DNA from: Octopus sinensis
Lineage: Eukaryota
NCBI RefSeq assembly: GCF_006345805.1
Contig: NW_021833053.1
Coordinates: 22,921-86,920, forward strand
DNA: 64,000 bases
Direction of reading: 5' to 3'
Part shown: piece after piece, positions 49,251 to 62,239 of the stretch
How the letters are laid out: each line of letters opens with the position of its first letter
Position numbering within the stretch: position 1 is the stretch's first letter
Notes under the pieces: model-generated
What the model saw: the letters and a program-made list of their open reading frames with translations, nothing else
The model's database searches: none
What the model was told of the DNA's origin: nothing
Position numbers and translations under genes: made by a program

Positions 49251-50269
49251 GAAACATGGGCAAAAACTAGATACACCCAAGTTGGCAAAAACGAGACACA
49301 CCCAATTTCAGCAGTGCATATTCTGGGAAAGAAATAAATTTAGTGTATTAAAGTATGTAACAAAATTAGTTTTTGGGAGGCCTGCCTTTCTATATAGGAT
49401 CCAGGGAGATTATTTGTGACAGTTTTTGTTGGGGAAAATGTCTTACATGCCATTAAATACAGAACTTGAATTAAAGTTTATTCTTAAATAAGCATCAAAG
49501 TTTAAAATAACAAAAAATAAAAACTAATTAGTTCTGCCCAAAACTTAAAGTAAATACAAGTACCAAACACAAAATAATCTTCAAAATCTATCTGCCGAAA
49601 TTTTTGGCTGAAAATTTTAATGTAATTATATTTATGTAATTTTATGAAGGGGCTTTCTTCGACAGGAAGCCTTCCAAACAAGAAGTATATACATGAATGA
49701 ATGACTACATCTTATAAGCCCTGATATTTGATGTGAGGAAACATTACTGAATTATATTATATCTATCACTGCCACAATTTAATTGTATAAGCCACAAACT
49801 TGCTTGTTTCTGTTTTATAAAGCAATATTGTTTCTTTAGCTTTATAATGTTGGTCTTATTGCCTTGAAAAATAGAAGCATTCATTCTTTACCATTTTATC
49901 CTGAAAATCATTCAACACTTACTGAATGATGCAACTACAAGGCAGCTTTTGACTAAAATTATGAGATAAGTTTTGTGTTGCATCACTGACAGAATAAGAG
50001 GGGAAAAGTCCATCATGTCACTCAAGATTCCTTTCATGAAAAGTTTCACTGAAAGATAAAAATGTCTTTAACGACAGGGGGAAGATTTTTTTTTCTTGTG
50101 TCAGATTTTCCATCTTGTAATTTGCAACTTGTGTAATTTGCATATTTTTATATAATTTAGTCTACTAAGTGGATTACTTACACACACACACACGAACAAA
50201 CAAACAAGCTGTAAGCTGTCCTTGTAAAGTCTCCTTCATTTGACACCTTTGTGTCAAATAAAAGAGGTT

Positions 50270-51345
50270 ATCAAAATAGCAGAATTATTACCTTGCCAGA
50301 CAAAATTGCTTGGCAGCATTTCTCCTGGCTCTGTATGTTCTAAGTTCAAATTCCACTGGCATCAATTTTGCCATTCCTCTTTTTGAAGTTAACAAAATAA
50401 GCCCCAGTTGAACACTGGGGCTGATGTAATCAACTTCCTTCGAAACCAAGCTGACAGAATCGTTAGTACACTAGACAAAATGCTTAGTAGCAACTTTTTT
50501 ACATTGTGAGTTCAAATTACGCCACAGTCAGTTTTGCATTTCATCCTTTCAGGTCCGTTAAAATAAGTACCAGTTTTGTACTGGGGTTGATGTAATTGAC
50601 TCAAAAGATTTCAGGCCTTGTGCCTATTGTAGAAAGGATTATTATTATTTCATAAGGCGGTGAGCTGGCAGAATCATTGGCATGCTGGGCAGAATGCTTG
50701 GCAGCATTTCATCCGTCCTTACGTTCTGAATTCAGATTCTGCCAGGCTTGACTTAGCCTTTCATCCTTTCAGGGTCAATAAAATAAGTACCAGTTGAGCA
50801 CTGGGGTCAGTGTAATCTAGTCCCCTCCTGCAAAATTCCAGGCCTTGTGCCTATAGTATTATTATTATTATTTCATAAGGTGGTGAGCTGGCAAAGTGGT
50901 TGCCACACCGGACAAAATGCTTAGCAACATTTCGTCTGTTTTTACATGCTCAGTTCAAATTCTGACACGGTCAGCTTTGCATTTCATCCTTTCGAGGTCA
51001 ATAAAATAAGTAGCAGTTGATGACTGGAGTCAATGTAATAGACTTGTCCCCTCCCCCCAAATTTCAGGCCTTGTGCCTATAGTCAAAAGGATTATTATTA
51101 TCATTTCAATTTTGTTAAAAAGTAGTTGAATGTAGCAAGAATGGTCCAAGTGAATGGGCCAACATTAAGCATGCGCCTGTGGATCAGAAGAAAACTGTCG
51201 CTCCAATCTGAATTCAAATTCCACGAAAGTTGACTTGGCTTTTCATCCTTTTGGGGTTGATAAAATAAGTACCTGTTGAACACTGGGGTCGATGTAATTG
51301 ACTCACCCCCACCTTCCCCAAGCTGTCCTTGTGGCAAAAGTTTAA
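50270..51345 (+). mobile_element. Cluster of ~5 head-to-tail copies of SINE family B
   Basis: Repeated GGTGAGCTGGCAGAA...GTTCAAATT...TTTCATCCTTTCRGGGTCAATAAAATAAGTACCAG; the central block resembles the conserved Meta-domain of invertebrate SINEs (from memory). Confidence 0.75.
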
Positions 51346-52611
51346 AATAATTATTTTCATATACACACAACAGATTAGACTGTTGGAAAAGAAAAGATCC
51401 TAACATCGGGCTACAACAAGTAGCCTTAGATACCAAGAACTCTCCTATTGGGTTACAGCAAATAACTTTAGATGCCAAGAACCCTCCTAAGTATCTTAGC
51501 TGTCCCTAATAACACTGTTTTCTGGAGCTTTCCTCTAACAATCTGTTCAGTTCTTTAGGAATTGTTCCCAATGCACCTACAACTACATTATTATTATTAC
51601 TACACAGCCACTCCTACGCCTATGTGGGTACAAATGATAAAGCTCAACAATTAAGATAGAGAAAATTATATATACAGGTTCAAACTTATGCATAGTAGCA
51701 GGGAAACCTATTTTGGCATTTTCTACATAATTTACATTCATGATCTACTGAAGCTGAAATATTGGTTTCAAATTTTGGCATATGGCCAGCAATTTCAGGG
51801 GAGAGACTAAATCAATTACACCAACTCCAGTGTTCAACTGGTACTTCTTTTATCGACCCCAAAAGGATGGAAAGCAAAGTCGATTATGGTGGAATTTGAA
51901 CTCGGAACCTGAAGACAGACAAAATGCCACCAAGCATTCAACTTGGCGTGCTAACGATTCTGCCAGCTCCACTGCCTTACTAAAGTTGAAATATTAACAG
52001 TTATCTTTCTCTGCTTATCACCAATGTTGTATGTGTGTGTGTGTGTATTACTCATGTTTATTTTTAATTTCCTATTGTTAATCATAACAGTAAGAACAGA
52101 GACAGTAGCACCACATTAAATATCACACAGCAGTCAATCTCAATCACGTGTTTTAATGAAAAGTATAGATAAAAAAAAAAGAAAATATTTTAAAGTTAAA
52201 AATATAGTAAACTATTATTTAACTTGTTTCCTATCCTTTCTCCTTCCCTTGCCATACTGATATTTACCATTGACTACAGCACCAGCCTTATTCCAATTAC
52301 TATTTTAGTAATTATTTTACTACTACTAGTATTATTTTAATCATTTCAAACAATTCTGAACATGCTTCAATCTTGTTAGATCTCTTCAGTGAAACAGATT
52401 ATTAACTATGTTAAAAAAAATTTAATTGGCAGTCATTAGAACATTGGGTAGAGTGCATTGTAGTAGGATCTGTTCTGACTCTCAGCACCCTTGAGTTTAA
52501 ATGCTGCCACGGTCAACTCTGCCTTTCACCCTTTCAGAGTCAATAAAAAAAAAAGAGTACCAATCCAGGGAGGTAGATTGGCTGAAATGTACAAAAATTA
52601 GACTGGATACC

Positions 52612-52831
52612 TATTTTCTTTACTACCCACAAGGCGCTAAACACAAAGAGGACAAATGGATTAAGTCGATTATATCGACCCCAGTGCGTAACTGGTACTT
52701 ATTTAATCGACCCCGAAAAGATGAAAGGCAAAGTCAACCTCAGCGGAATTTGAATTCAGAATGTAGTGACAGACGAAATACCACTAAGCATTTCGCCCAG
52801 CATGCTAACGTTTCTGCCAGCTCACCGCCTT
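52612..52831 (-). mobile_element. SINE family B, full-length copy with target-site duplication
   Basis: 15-bp TSD ATTAGACTGG(A/G)TACC at 52597-52611 and 52832-52846. Confidence 0.85.
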
Positions 52832-53400
52832 ATTAGACTGGGTACCTTTACATATTTGTTGTGGCTCTTTGCCTTCTGATTTCAAACCACTTTGGTAATA
52901 TATGTGTGTTTTGTGTGTAGATGTGTGAAGCAGTGAAGGAAAGTATACAAACCTAAGATCAGTTCAAATATGCTTGAGAGGTATTTGAACCTATAAAGGC
53001 TTTTCACTGCAGTTTGTCATAAAAAAATTTATTTTCTCACTCAAAACAAAAAAAGTGTTTAAATGCCATAGTCAACTCACAGTACTCTCTGTTACACTGA
53101 TGGATGCATTTTGAAATTGCTCTTCAAAATTCTCTTCAGCACCAGATGCCAAGAAAGACAACTTGGAGCTGATTATTTATACACACACACACACATTACA
53201 TCACATCATTTGGTTTGGATCTTAATGATCATGGTTATCAACTCCATAGTTTCTGATGTGATCGATTCTGTCTACCTGGTGATTTAGAGTAGAAAATAGT
53301 GAAAACTATGTGATATCACATCATATGTAATCTATATAGTGTGCAAATGAATTAACATGCTATTGAACTATTGACTATCAATTCATCTTCATTTATTTTA

Positions 53401-53786
53401 TACTAGCGATGCTCGGGTTTGTTTCGACCCTTTAGAATTGGAATTTTTGAAAAGTAAACATTTTGCATTATGTAGCTTGTTATTCTCTTTAAGTGAACAT
53501 TTTTCTGGTTGAAATACACCAAAAAATGACGACACAGCAGTCACAAAATCGTAAAAAATAGGGATTTTCATAGAAAAAAAAAGCACCTTTTTGATGTAAA
53601 TAATTATTGGTGTTAACATTGTCCGATTTGAATTTTTTCTTCTACGGAAGGAAGAGCAAGCCTTCTTCTATCATACTCTCAATTTTGGTCAACTTGCGCC
53701 GCAGGGTCTCGGAAGAGATAGTGTTAGTTGAAGGCTACCAAACACCTGCCACACACAGACAACTTCAGCTTTATATATAGAGAGAT
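53401..53786 (+). mobile_element. Helentron/DINE-1-like non-autonomous element, second subfamily
   Basis: TACTAGCGATGCTCGGG start; ...CACACAGACAACTTCAGCTTTATATATAGAGAGAT end. Confidence 0.5.
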
Positions 53787-54564
53787 GTGACACCAGAATT
53801 AAGTATTTCAGTGAACCTAGACAATTTTTTTAAAAACTCACTGTTATTTATGATACTCTTTTATTGACCCTGACAATGTATAAATTTTTTAATTTAGATT
53901 ATAATTTTTATTTTTTTCATAATTTTATTTTCATTCCTGTTGGATCCCACTTATGTGTCCATGGCAGCTTTTACTCAATTCGGCTGCAATCATTTTCTCT
54001 GTCTCCATCCCCCAGATGGAGCAATAGTTTAGCTGAATTTACATAACACATTTACTTAGCAGTGCAGGAGGTAACTGCTGAAATGCTTCAAAATGCGTTT
54101 CACAACACTAACGAAGACATGTAAATCGTTTTGTTTGGTAGCATAATTAATGAACATAAAATTCTGTCTTTTTGGTTTTTTTTAAGTTTGCCAGATTTCA
54201 TTGAAATGGATAGTTAATTATGGGACACCCTGTGTGTGTGTGTGTGTATACTCGTGCTTTCCCCACTCTTGCCTCCCCCAACACCATCACAACACACCAC
54301 CATGCACACACCAGCACTGACCGATTCCCATCCCCACATTTTCACATCTACACATACACATGTGCACACGTCAAGATCAGCCCTCTTTCACACGCACATA
54401 TGTACTCTCATACACACACGCGCACCTTCGTTTTGGTATCACTACTACTTTGTTTTCTCCCCTACTTCTTAGCTCTCATGTGTGACCCTTCTGTCCAGCA
54501 TTCGCTATGATAGATCGCTAGCCACTACACACATTTTTTTTCTCTCCTTGTTTCTTTCTGTGTT

Positions 54565-54602
54565 TCTTTCTGTGGAAGAGCATAGGCTCAAAACATTAAA
54601 GA
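54565..54602 (+). ncRNA. Degenerate hammerhead-like motif with CUGUGGA (A6U) core
   Basis: TCTTT-CTGTGGA-A-GAGC-ATAG-GCTC-AAAA-CA-T-T-AAAGA; a related copy with internal deletion lies at ~31047-31072. Confidence 0.35.
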
Positions 54603-54676
54603 CTTTTTCAATTCCCGAGCGTTATACTAATACATCTGTTTCTTTTCTACACCTTGTTTTTTTCGTGAATTGTCCC

Positions 54677-54723
<47 letters not shown>

Positions 54724-54823
54724 GTCTGTCTTTCTCTCTGTGTGACTACATAGCTTCCTTTTGTTAAATATGTAATATTTTATTATTTATCAATATTTTT
54801 CTTTCTTTTTTTTTTCATTTCAG

Positions 54824-54919
54824 CATGCTCACGCGAACTCAGTAGGTTATTTCATTCCTCAGGACTCTTCATTTGGGAATCTAATCTTGCCAGTTATACC
54901 TCGGTTTGATGTTAAATAA
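54824..54919 (+). CDS. INIP: INIP coding exon 5 (HAHANSVGYFIPQDSSFGNLILPVIPRFDVK*)
   Basis: Long poly-T acceptor ...TTTCATTTCAG; near-identical to the conserved SOSS-C C-terminus. Confidence 0.95.
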   Translation, partial: HAHANSVGYFIPQDSSFGNLILPVIPRFDVK

Positions 54920-54947
54920 AATATTTTCTAAGAATTTTTGGGGGGGA

Positions 54948-54953
54948 AATAAA
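54948..54953 (+). terminator. Candidate polyadenylation signal AATAAA for INIP
   Basis: 29 nt after stop; others at 54915-54920 and ~54978. Real site unknown. Confidence 0.3.
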
Positions 54954-56243
54954 GATTTTTTTTTTATGACATGGAGTAATAAAATTAAAAAGAAAAAAAA
55001 AAAGAAAAAGTGACCACCACCCAATGTTAAATTTTTTTGGGTCCCTCTTTTAAACACTGGTCAACACATTGAGGATTATTTCAAAACCAAGCAAAGAGAA
55101 TATGTTGAAAATCTCTTTTTCTCCCCATTACAATTTTTTTTCTTTAAATTTGATTTTTGTGAAATAATTGAGTTGTTTTTATTGTTGTTTGGCCCCAGTA
55201 CATCTTTGGTCAAGCAGACCTATCATCATAAGCATTCCAGCCATGACTAACACCACTTGTTTTTTTTTTCAGGCACAGTGTGTCTTTGACAACAATATCT
55301 AACATGTCCTTTCATTGATAGTAAAATGTGTCGTTATCAACACAATCCAATGTTATTGGAGGCATTATTTGAGGGAGATTTAGCTACTATTTCTAGTACA
55401 TTGGGCTGCTTTATTGACTTGAAATATTTAAATGAATTTGATATCTGACTTCACTGTCTCTCTAACATAGTATCACCGAAGCTACTGCAGGTGTGTCTTA
55501 AGTAGACATTTCATCCTCTCGACCCAGTTGGAAAATAGATTGTGTGTTCCAGTGAGAATTTTAGCTCAAGAGGAGACAGACTAATTTTTTTAGTATCGGG
55601 TTGATTGTGTGTCATATCCATGAACACTCCACAAACACTAGAATTCACTTCATTGTGGAAGTGGATGGGTGGGTTATTTTATTATTTCACTTAGGGAGAT
55701 GGTGTGGCTGAATGAGACAAAATACTTCATGGTGTTAGTCTTGAACATTTCGGTTTCAAATTCCATTGAAGCAACTTAGCTTTCATCTTCTTCCCAGGGT
55801 TAAGAAACTATAGTACCCATCAAGTATTAGGATCAATACAATCAGTTGTTTCCTCTCCCAAATTTCTGGCCTTATGCCAATCTAAGAAATCATATTAAGG
55901 TAACAGCACCAAATTGAAAGCATGTGGCCTGGTGCTTAGGGTGTTGCATTCATAATCATAAAATTATGGGTTCAATTCCTGGATGAGATTGTACATTGTA
56001 TTCTTGAGCAAGACACTTCATTTCACATCACCTCAGTCTACTCAGCTGTAAATGGATTCCAGTGCAGGTGTATAGCTTAGTGGTTAGGGTATTAAGCTCA
56101 CAGTCGAGAGTTTGATTCTTGGTGGTATGTTGTATCCTTGAACAAGTTGCTGCAGTCCATTCAGCTGGCAAAAACGAGTAGAACCTAAGAGCCAGCCTTG
56201 TCACATTCTGTGTCATGTTAAGTCTCCCTGAGAACTACATTAA

Positions 56244-56461
56244 CCCTTTCGTTATCGTATTTATTTTGAGATGCTCTGTGCTTTTTTCACTTGCTTTAAA
56301 TATGTCAAAGAATTTAATAAAATAACTTAGTTATCATTAAGCTAGTGTTGGGAACGAATTGTGACTAAGGTTTGGTGGAAGATTTTAATTCAAAACTTAT
56401 GAAAACAAGACATTTGTACACAGAGCCAGAGCCTGCTTCAGCCAGGTTGGTAACAAAAGGC
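56244..56461. mobile_element. piggyBac-like MITE (family P), intact
   Basis: TTAA-CCCTTTCGTTATC ... GGTAACAAAAGGC-TTAA. Confidence 0.7.
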
Positions 56462-58989
56462 TTAAGGGCATGTGTGTCAGTGGAGTGAGTGCTCAACCAC
56501 TTGCACATTAATTCCCACAAGCAGGCTGTTCTGTTGAACAGATTGTCTGGAACCCTCATCATTGTAACTAGCAGAATACCAGTGCCAGTTTTAAATGGAT
56601 TCCAGTAATAGCTTGTAAGTTAACCCTGTGATGGACTGGCATCCCATTCAGTGGGGAGTTTTGTAATTTCAATCATTCATATGCCATGAAAACCTGGTTG
56701 AGCTCCAGCCTTATGTGTCCTTGGGTTCGTGACGGATCTAATAGCAATGAATTGACAGAATTGTGAGAAGGTTGGACAAAATACTTAGTCTTATTTAGTT
56801 GATGTTTTTATGTCCTGAGACCCATTAATCAACCTCTAACTATCTCCCACATTTCTGCTTGTATCAGAAATCAAAATTGTTATTAATGTAATGAGATTAC
56901 AGAGTGCCCCGTTGAAGGACTTGAAGCCTTTCGACATTTTGTTTTGGATTCAAATCACACTGTGACTAAACTTTACCTCTCACTTAAATTTGGTTTACAA
57001 AGTATGTACCAGTAATTTAATAGGGTCAATTCTGGTGGCTATACTTCTGACAAATGTTAGCATATCATCACTGAACATTGTTGTTGATTAGCCTAAGGTC
57101 AGACCTAGGAAAGGTGGCCTGCACCCCCCACCCACCCACAGGTATAATGTATTTGGGACTACATCATCCAGTGTCCCCTTTCTTAATAGGGTGTGATTTG
57201 AGAGAGATTTGAATGCTATTTCCAGTAGATTGTAGGACTTGTCATAATAATTGCTTTTTGCACGCTGGGCAAAATGCTTAGCGGTATTTCATCTGTCTTT
57301 ACGGTCTGAGTTCAAATTCCGCCGAGGTCAACTTTGCCTTTCATCCTTTTGGGGTCAATAAAGTACCAGTTGCGTAATGGGCCAATCTAATCGACTGGCC
57401 CATTTCCCTAAAATTTCGGGCTTTGTGCCTAGAGAAGAAAAGAATAATTGCTTTTGGATTCACACTTGCTTCAATGTTGATAGCCTCGTTGTTGTTATCA
57501 TTTTAACATCCTCTTTTCCAGGCTTTTATGAGTTGGAGGATATTTGATCATTTGTTTCAGATTTTCATATCTTTAAACAATGCTCTTTTTTTTTAAAAAA
57601 AAAAGAAGAAAATTGTGAAAATACAGAACCCACTGTTTTTAATCATTTATGAATAGAGAAAAGTCGCCTTTGGAGAGGACACTGCTTCTGTTTATAGATT
57701 TAAAAATTCAGCTTGGGAGAAGCTGCTGATTTTATCACTGTGAAATCATACATAACTGATTATAGTATGTTTCCATAACATACAGTGGTTTATGCAAAGG
57801 TGGTGAGAATCTTTATGCTTGATTATGTTTCTGCTTTCATACAGTTTCAAGTGTTGGCAGAAATGGTTATAAAGAGAAATAGAGACCTGTAATTTACAAA
57901 ATCAAAATCCATGTTTCTTTTCTTCCAAATTGGTTCCATGATAAAGTGCAGCTATAACTATAGTGAACAGCAGAGAAGCACTGAATCACTGGGGAAAATG
58001 TTACATTGACTTGCAACATTGAATTCAAATTTACTTGTAGCAAAGAAGGAGTTGGCACTAGGGTTCCTTATAAGTCAACCAAAATTATCATTATTATTGT
58101 TTTATATTTATTCTTCCAAGCTATCTTTGATTGGAGAGGTATCATAGTCTGAGTCAATTCTTGTTAAGAATTACAGTCCCTTTTCCTCATAGTCAGGTCA
58201 AAGAGACCGATCTCACTCAGATGTTCCAGTTTTTTTTGTTTTTTTTTTTGTTTATTTATTATGGCCATGTGCTTTTCCTAACACCAATCTCAAGAATTCT
58301 GTTACCTCATATTGTCTCTGCTCATTCACCAACCACTTTGAAGTGCACTGCTGCATATGTACAAGAGAGGCTGTCAATCCCACATTTCTACTCTTTTGGC
58401 AGTCATTTAAAGTCAGCTAAGTTCATTTTATGGTTCTTGTTTCAGCACCTTGCTCATACAACATTTTTTTCTTTAGCTTCTGAACTTAGTAAAAAGAAAG
58501 GCAAAACTTACCTCAGTCTGAAAAGGAAGCATAAAACACATTTGTTTCAAGAGAACATTTCTATTTATTCTCTCTCTCAGAAGAAGGATAAGTACCTGAA
58601 TCATTACATTATTTCACTCCTCAACAGATAATCTCATTGAGCTCTTCTGCAAACCATTCTCTTGTTGAATCAATTCCAACATGTAGGGCAAACAAGGTGT
58701 GGGTTTGAGCTAATCCATGATCTAAGGCTAGTGAGTCAGGGAAGGTTTCATGAATATCTGATGAGCACTTCTCAAAAAAAAACTCTTTTGATCTTTAACA
58801 GTTGGTTGCAGGTGTACCTACCTACCAGTGCTTCATTTTCTGTGGACCTTCTCCATGATTTTGGTCTGCCACACTTATCCCTATCAGTAACCATCAGCAT
58901 AATTAGAAACCAGTTTCTATTGGGTGTCTCAGCCAACCCCATTTCTTTCACTTGATTTAGGTTTCAGTAGGTTGATGGCTTGACTTTTC

Positions 58990-59450
58990 CCATAAGGTTT
59001 TGTAAGTCTCTCTCTTGCAATTTCACCTGAAGGACATTCCAGAGACCTCTGTTCACAAATATTTAATACTTGTCAATAAAGAACTTTGTGATTCACTATG
59101 TTTTATGCACATATAGAAGCACTATCTTCATACTCAGGTTTAAAATCCTGAATTTTATATTCATTGACAAGGTCTGTGATCTCAAGATGGGTCCGAGCAT
59201 TATGGAGGCAGTGATTAGCTTTTCTGATAACCTATGATGGTAATGGGCAATACAGTTGACCATTCCATCATTGTGTGGTACACTGTCCTTTTTATGCCCT
59301 GAATAGAGCAGTTTTCCTTTGTATCTAGGCACATATGTTTTGCTCGCATCCCCCTCATGTCATAGTCCTAATACTGAGAGCTTGTAGAGCTTCATCTTAG
59401 CTGCAATCTTGGCCTTTATTCCAGTTTTCAAACTTGGTTCTGCCATTCCA
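58990..59450 (-). mobile_element. Degraded RTE-like LINE fragment
   Basis: Minus remnants ...KFRILNLSMKIVLLY..., ...VNRGLWNVLQVK resemble RTE C-terminus; boundaries approximate. Confidence 0.4.
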
Positions 59451-60169
59451 TATTCCCAAGTGAGAGAAGTTTGTTTCACATCACAGCTTCCTTTTGGCTT
59501 TCACTGTGTTGTTTCACATGCACTCTTTGAGGACTACTTCTTCTTACCAGCATTATTGGCTTCACATGTTCTGGTATTTCAGTAGCAGTGCAGAAAATGT
59601 AATAGTACAGAGCTTTCATTCTCATGCTTACTTCACTCCCTTGACAGTCTTGTGATGTTAATATATAGCAGAAACATAGGTTAAGAGACTCATTAGAATG
59701 TTAGAATAAGTATTTTACTGCATTTAATCTTTACATTCTTAATCCCATGTGAGGTCCACTTTATCTCTCATCCTGCTAAGATTAATGGTGGTAGTCTTGG
59801 TGATTGGAGTATATTCAATCAGCTGAACCCCAAACTACACTACTTAAAGATTTTGTGTGGGGATCGTGAGGGATCCATATTTGGCAAGATGTAGCTAAGC
59901 CTGCTGGTCTTGGGAGAAGGAATAAAAGTATTCCATGCAAAAGTTCCGAAAATGTGGATACTGTGGAAAAAGAGACAGTGTTCAGCAGATTTCTGGAAAC
60001 TACTGATATGTTGCAGTTGGAAGACAATTGCATCAGTAATAGATTTCCAATGAGCCAATTACTGATTCACTGGCAGTGTCTGTAACTTGATGCCATAAAA
60101 AAAAAATGGCAAATGGCTTAATTCAAAGAGCACTTGTGTTTGTTTTCTTGCTCATGTTAACATCTCTTG

Positions 60170-61110
60170 GTAAGTAGTAAGAAGCTTGCTTCCCAACCAC
60201 ATGGCTCTGGGTTCAGTCCCACTGCATGGCACTGTGGGTAAGTGTCTTCTACTATAGCCTTGGACCAACCAAAGCCTTGTAAGTGGATTTGGTAGATGGG
60301 AGCCGAAAGAAGCTCGTATATATGTGTCTGTCCCCACCCCCATTAACACTTGACAGCTGATGTTGGTGTATTTATGTCCCTGTAACTTAGCAGTTTGGCA
60401 AAAGAGACTGATAAAATAACTATTAGGCTTTAAAAAGATTTTAGGGGTTGATTTGTTCAACTAAAACTCTTCAAAGCAGTGCTCCAGCATAGATGCAGTT
60501 GGGTGACTGAAACAAGTAAATGGAGATTGTTGTGTCAAATTGGTTTAAGAGACTGTTGCAACCAGTATTAACATGCTTAGAGGTGGTGCAAGGCAAAGGA
60601 GAAAAGCAGCTGCAAATATACCACTTGCACTTGCAACGTCTGCAGGCTTCTTTACAAATTGTTGGCAGAATTCAAATGTCACATACAACCTAAACATTAT
60701 GACTGACAAAAATATCAAAACTGATAGTCTATAATATATACTTTTTATTCTTTTACTTGTTTTAGTCATTTGGCTGCGGCCATGCTGGAGCACCACCTTT
60801 TTAGTCAAGCAGATCGACCCCAGGAATTATTCTGTGTAAGCCTAGTACTTATTCTATCAGTCTTTTTTGCTGAACCGCTAAGTTACGGGGATGTAAACAC
60901 ACCAGCATCGGTTGTCAAGCGATGTTGCGGGGACAAACACAGACACACATATATACGACGGGCTTCTTTCAGTTTCCGTTTACCAAATCCACTCACAAGG
61001 CTTTGGTCGGCCCGAGGCTATAGTAGAAGACACTTGCCCAAGGTGCCATGCAGTGGAACTGAACCCAGAACCATGTGGTTGGTAAGCAAGCTACTTGCCA
61101 CTCCTGTGCC
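60170..61110. mobile_element. Two SINE family A copies in opposite orientation (~60170-60520 +, ~60750-61110 -)
   Basis: Homologous to 37951-38345. Confidence 0.75.
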
Positions 61111-62239
61111 TATATATGGAAATGAACACAAAACTAAGCAAAGACAGCATAGGAGGAACAAGTTTTAGTTGTATTAATTTAATGCTTAAAAAGAAGGGAG
61201 TGTTGATGTTTCGAATGTGAGTCCTTCATTATAAAAAATATAAGAAAAGTTTACAAGCATGCATGGCTTGGACCCATTTTATGTCAACCAATTTCTTACA
61301 AAGCAATTGGTCAATCCGAAACCAGGTAGAAAATACTTGATAGAGGTGTTGTGCTGTGGAAGTGAACTTGAAGCAAATTTAGCCATACTTTGCAGAGAGA
61401 GAGACCATCAATGTAACGAAGGAAGAGGATGCAGCCTCAATTTAACAAGAAAGTGATAGTGGTTTGTACGTATCAAATGCAATTTTCCTGCAGTATGTGT
61501 TACGTATGTTGTGCTACTAACACACTTTCTGCTGTGTTTTTTTAAGCATGATATGTTAGAACTGACATATGGAATTTGTAATCCAGTACATCCTGTTTTG
61601 ATATACATATAGAAATTTAATTATTGATATTTATGTAGATAAACATTTCATAATGGAAATTATTTAGTCTGAAAACATCAAGGGGTTTCTATAGGTTAAA
61701 GTGATATGATCTGTTGATGGGTTATATTCAATGGAAAACAATAATTCAAAACGTTTGAATTTTACTTAGATTATGTTAAAGTATTCTACATATAGGCACA
61801 GGCACGGCTGTGTGGTAAGAAGCTTGTTTCCTCAACCACATGGTTCCAGGTTCAGTCTCTCTGTGGCACCCTGGGAAAGTATCTTCTACTATAGTCTTGG
61901 ACCAACCAAAGCCTTGCGAGTGGATTGGATTTGAAAAACAAACTGAAAGAAACCTGTCATGTGTGTGTTTAGATCCCCATAACTTAGCAGTTCAGCAAAA
62001 AAAATCTAATGACTGAAACAAATAAAACAAAAAAAAAAGCATGATCATAAATTTCCAGTTTAATACTAATGTGCAAGGATTGAAAAGGCATAGAAATAGA
62101 AAACTTACTCTGTTTAATTATAGGGTTTCAAATTTGTCCAACGCCATAGCAAAGAAAGAAGAATTACTAAGGTGCAAACTTTTATTTTGTCTTAGTAATA
62201 TAAATGGATCGTAAAAAATTCCTTAATATTTTCTGAGTA

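Larger units (their letters stand above)
17957..54919 (+). other. INIP: INIP / SOSS-C gene span (5 coding exons, 510-nt CDS, 169 aa)
   Basis: Exons join in frame (25+142+199+48+96 nt). The protein resembles human SOSS-C as recalled (N-terminal NR..L..L...K..L helix; C-terminal AALQHAH...GYFI.QDS.FGNLILPV.PR). Confidence 0.9.

Noticed and set aside
58131-58631. 166-aa + strand ORF
   Set aside because: TTG start, low-complexity F/L/S/K composition typical of AT-rich noncoding DNA.
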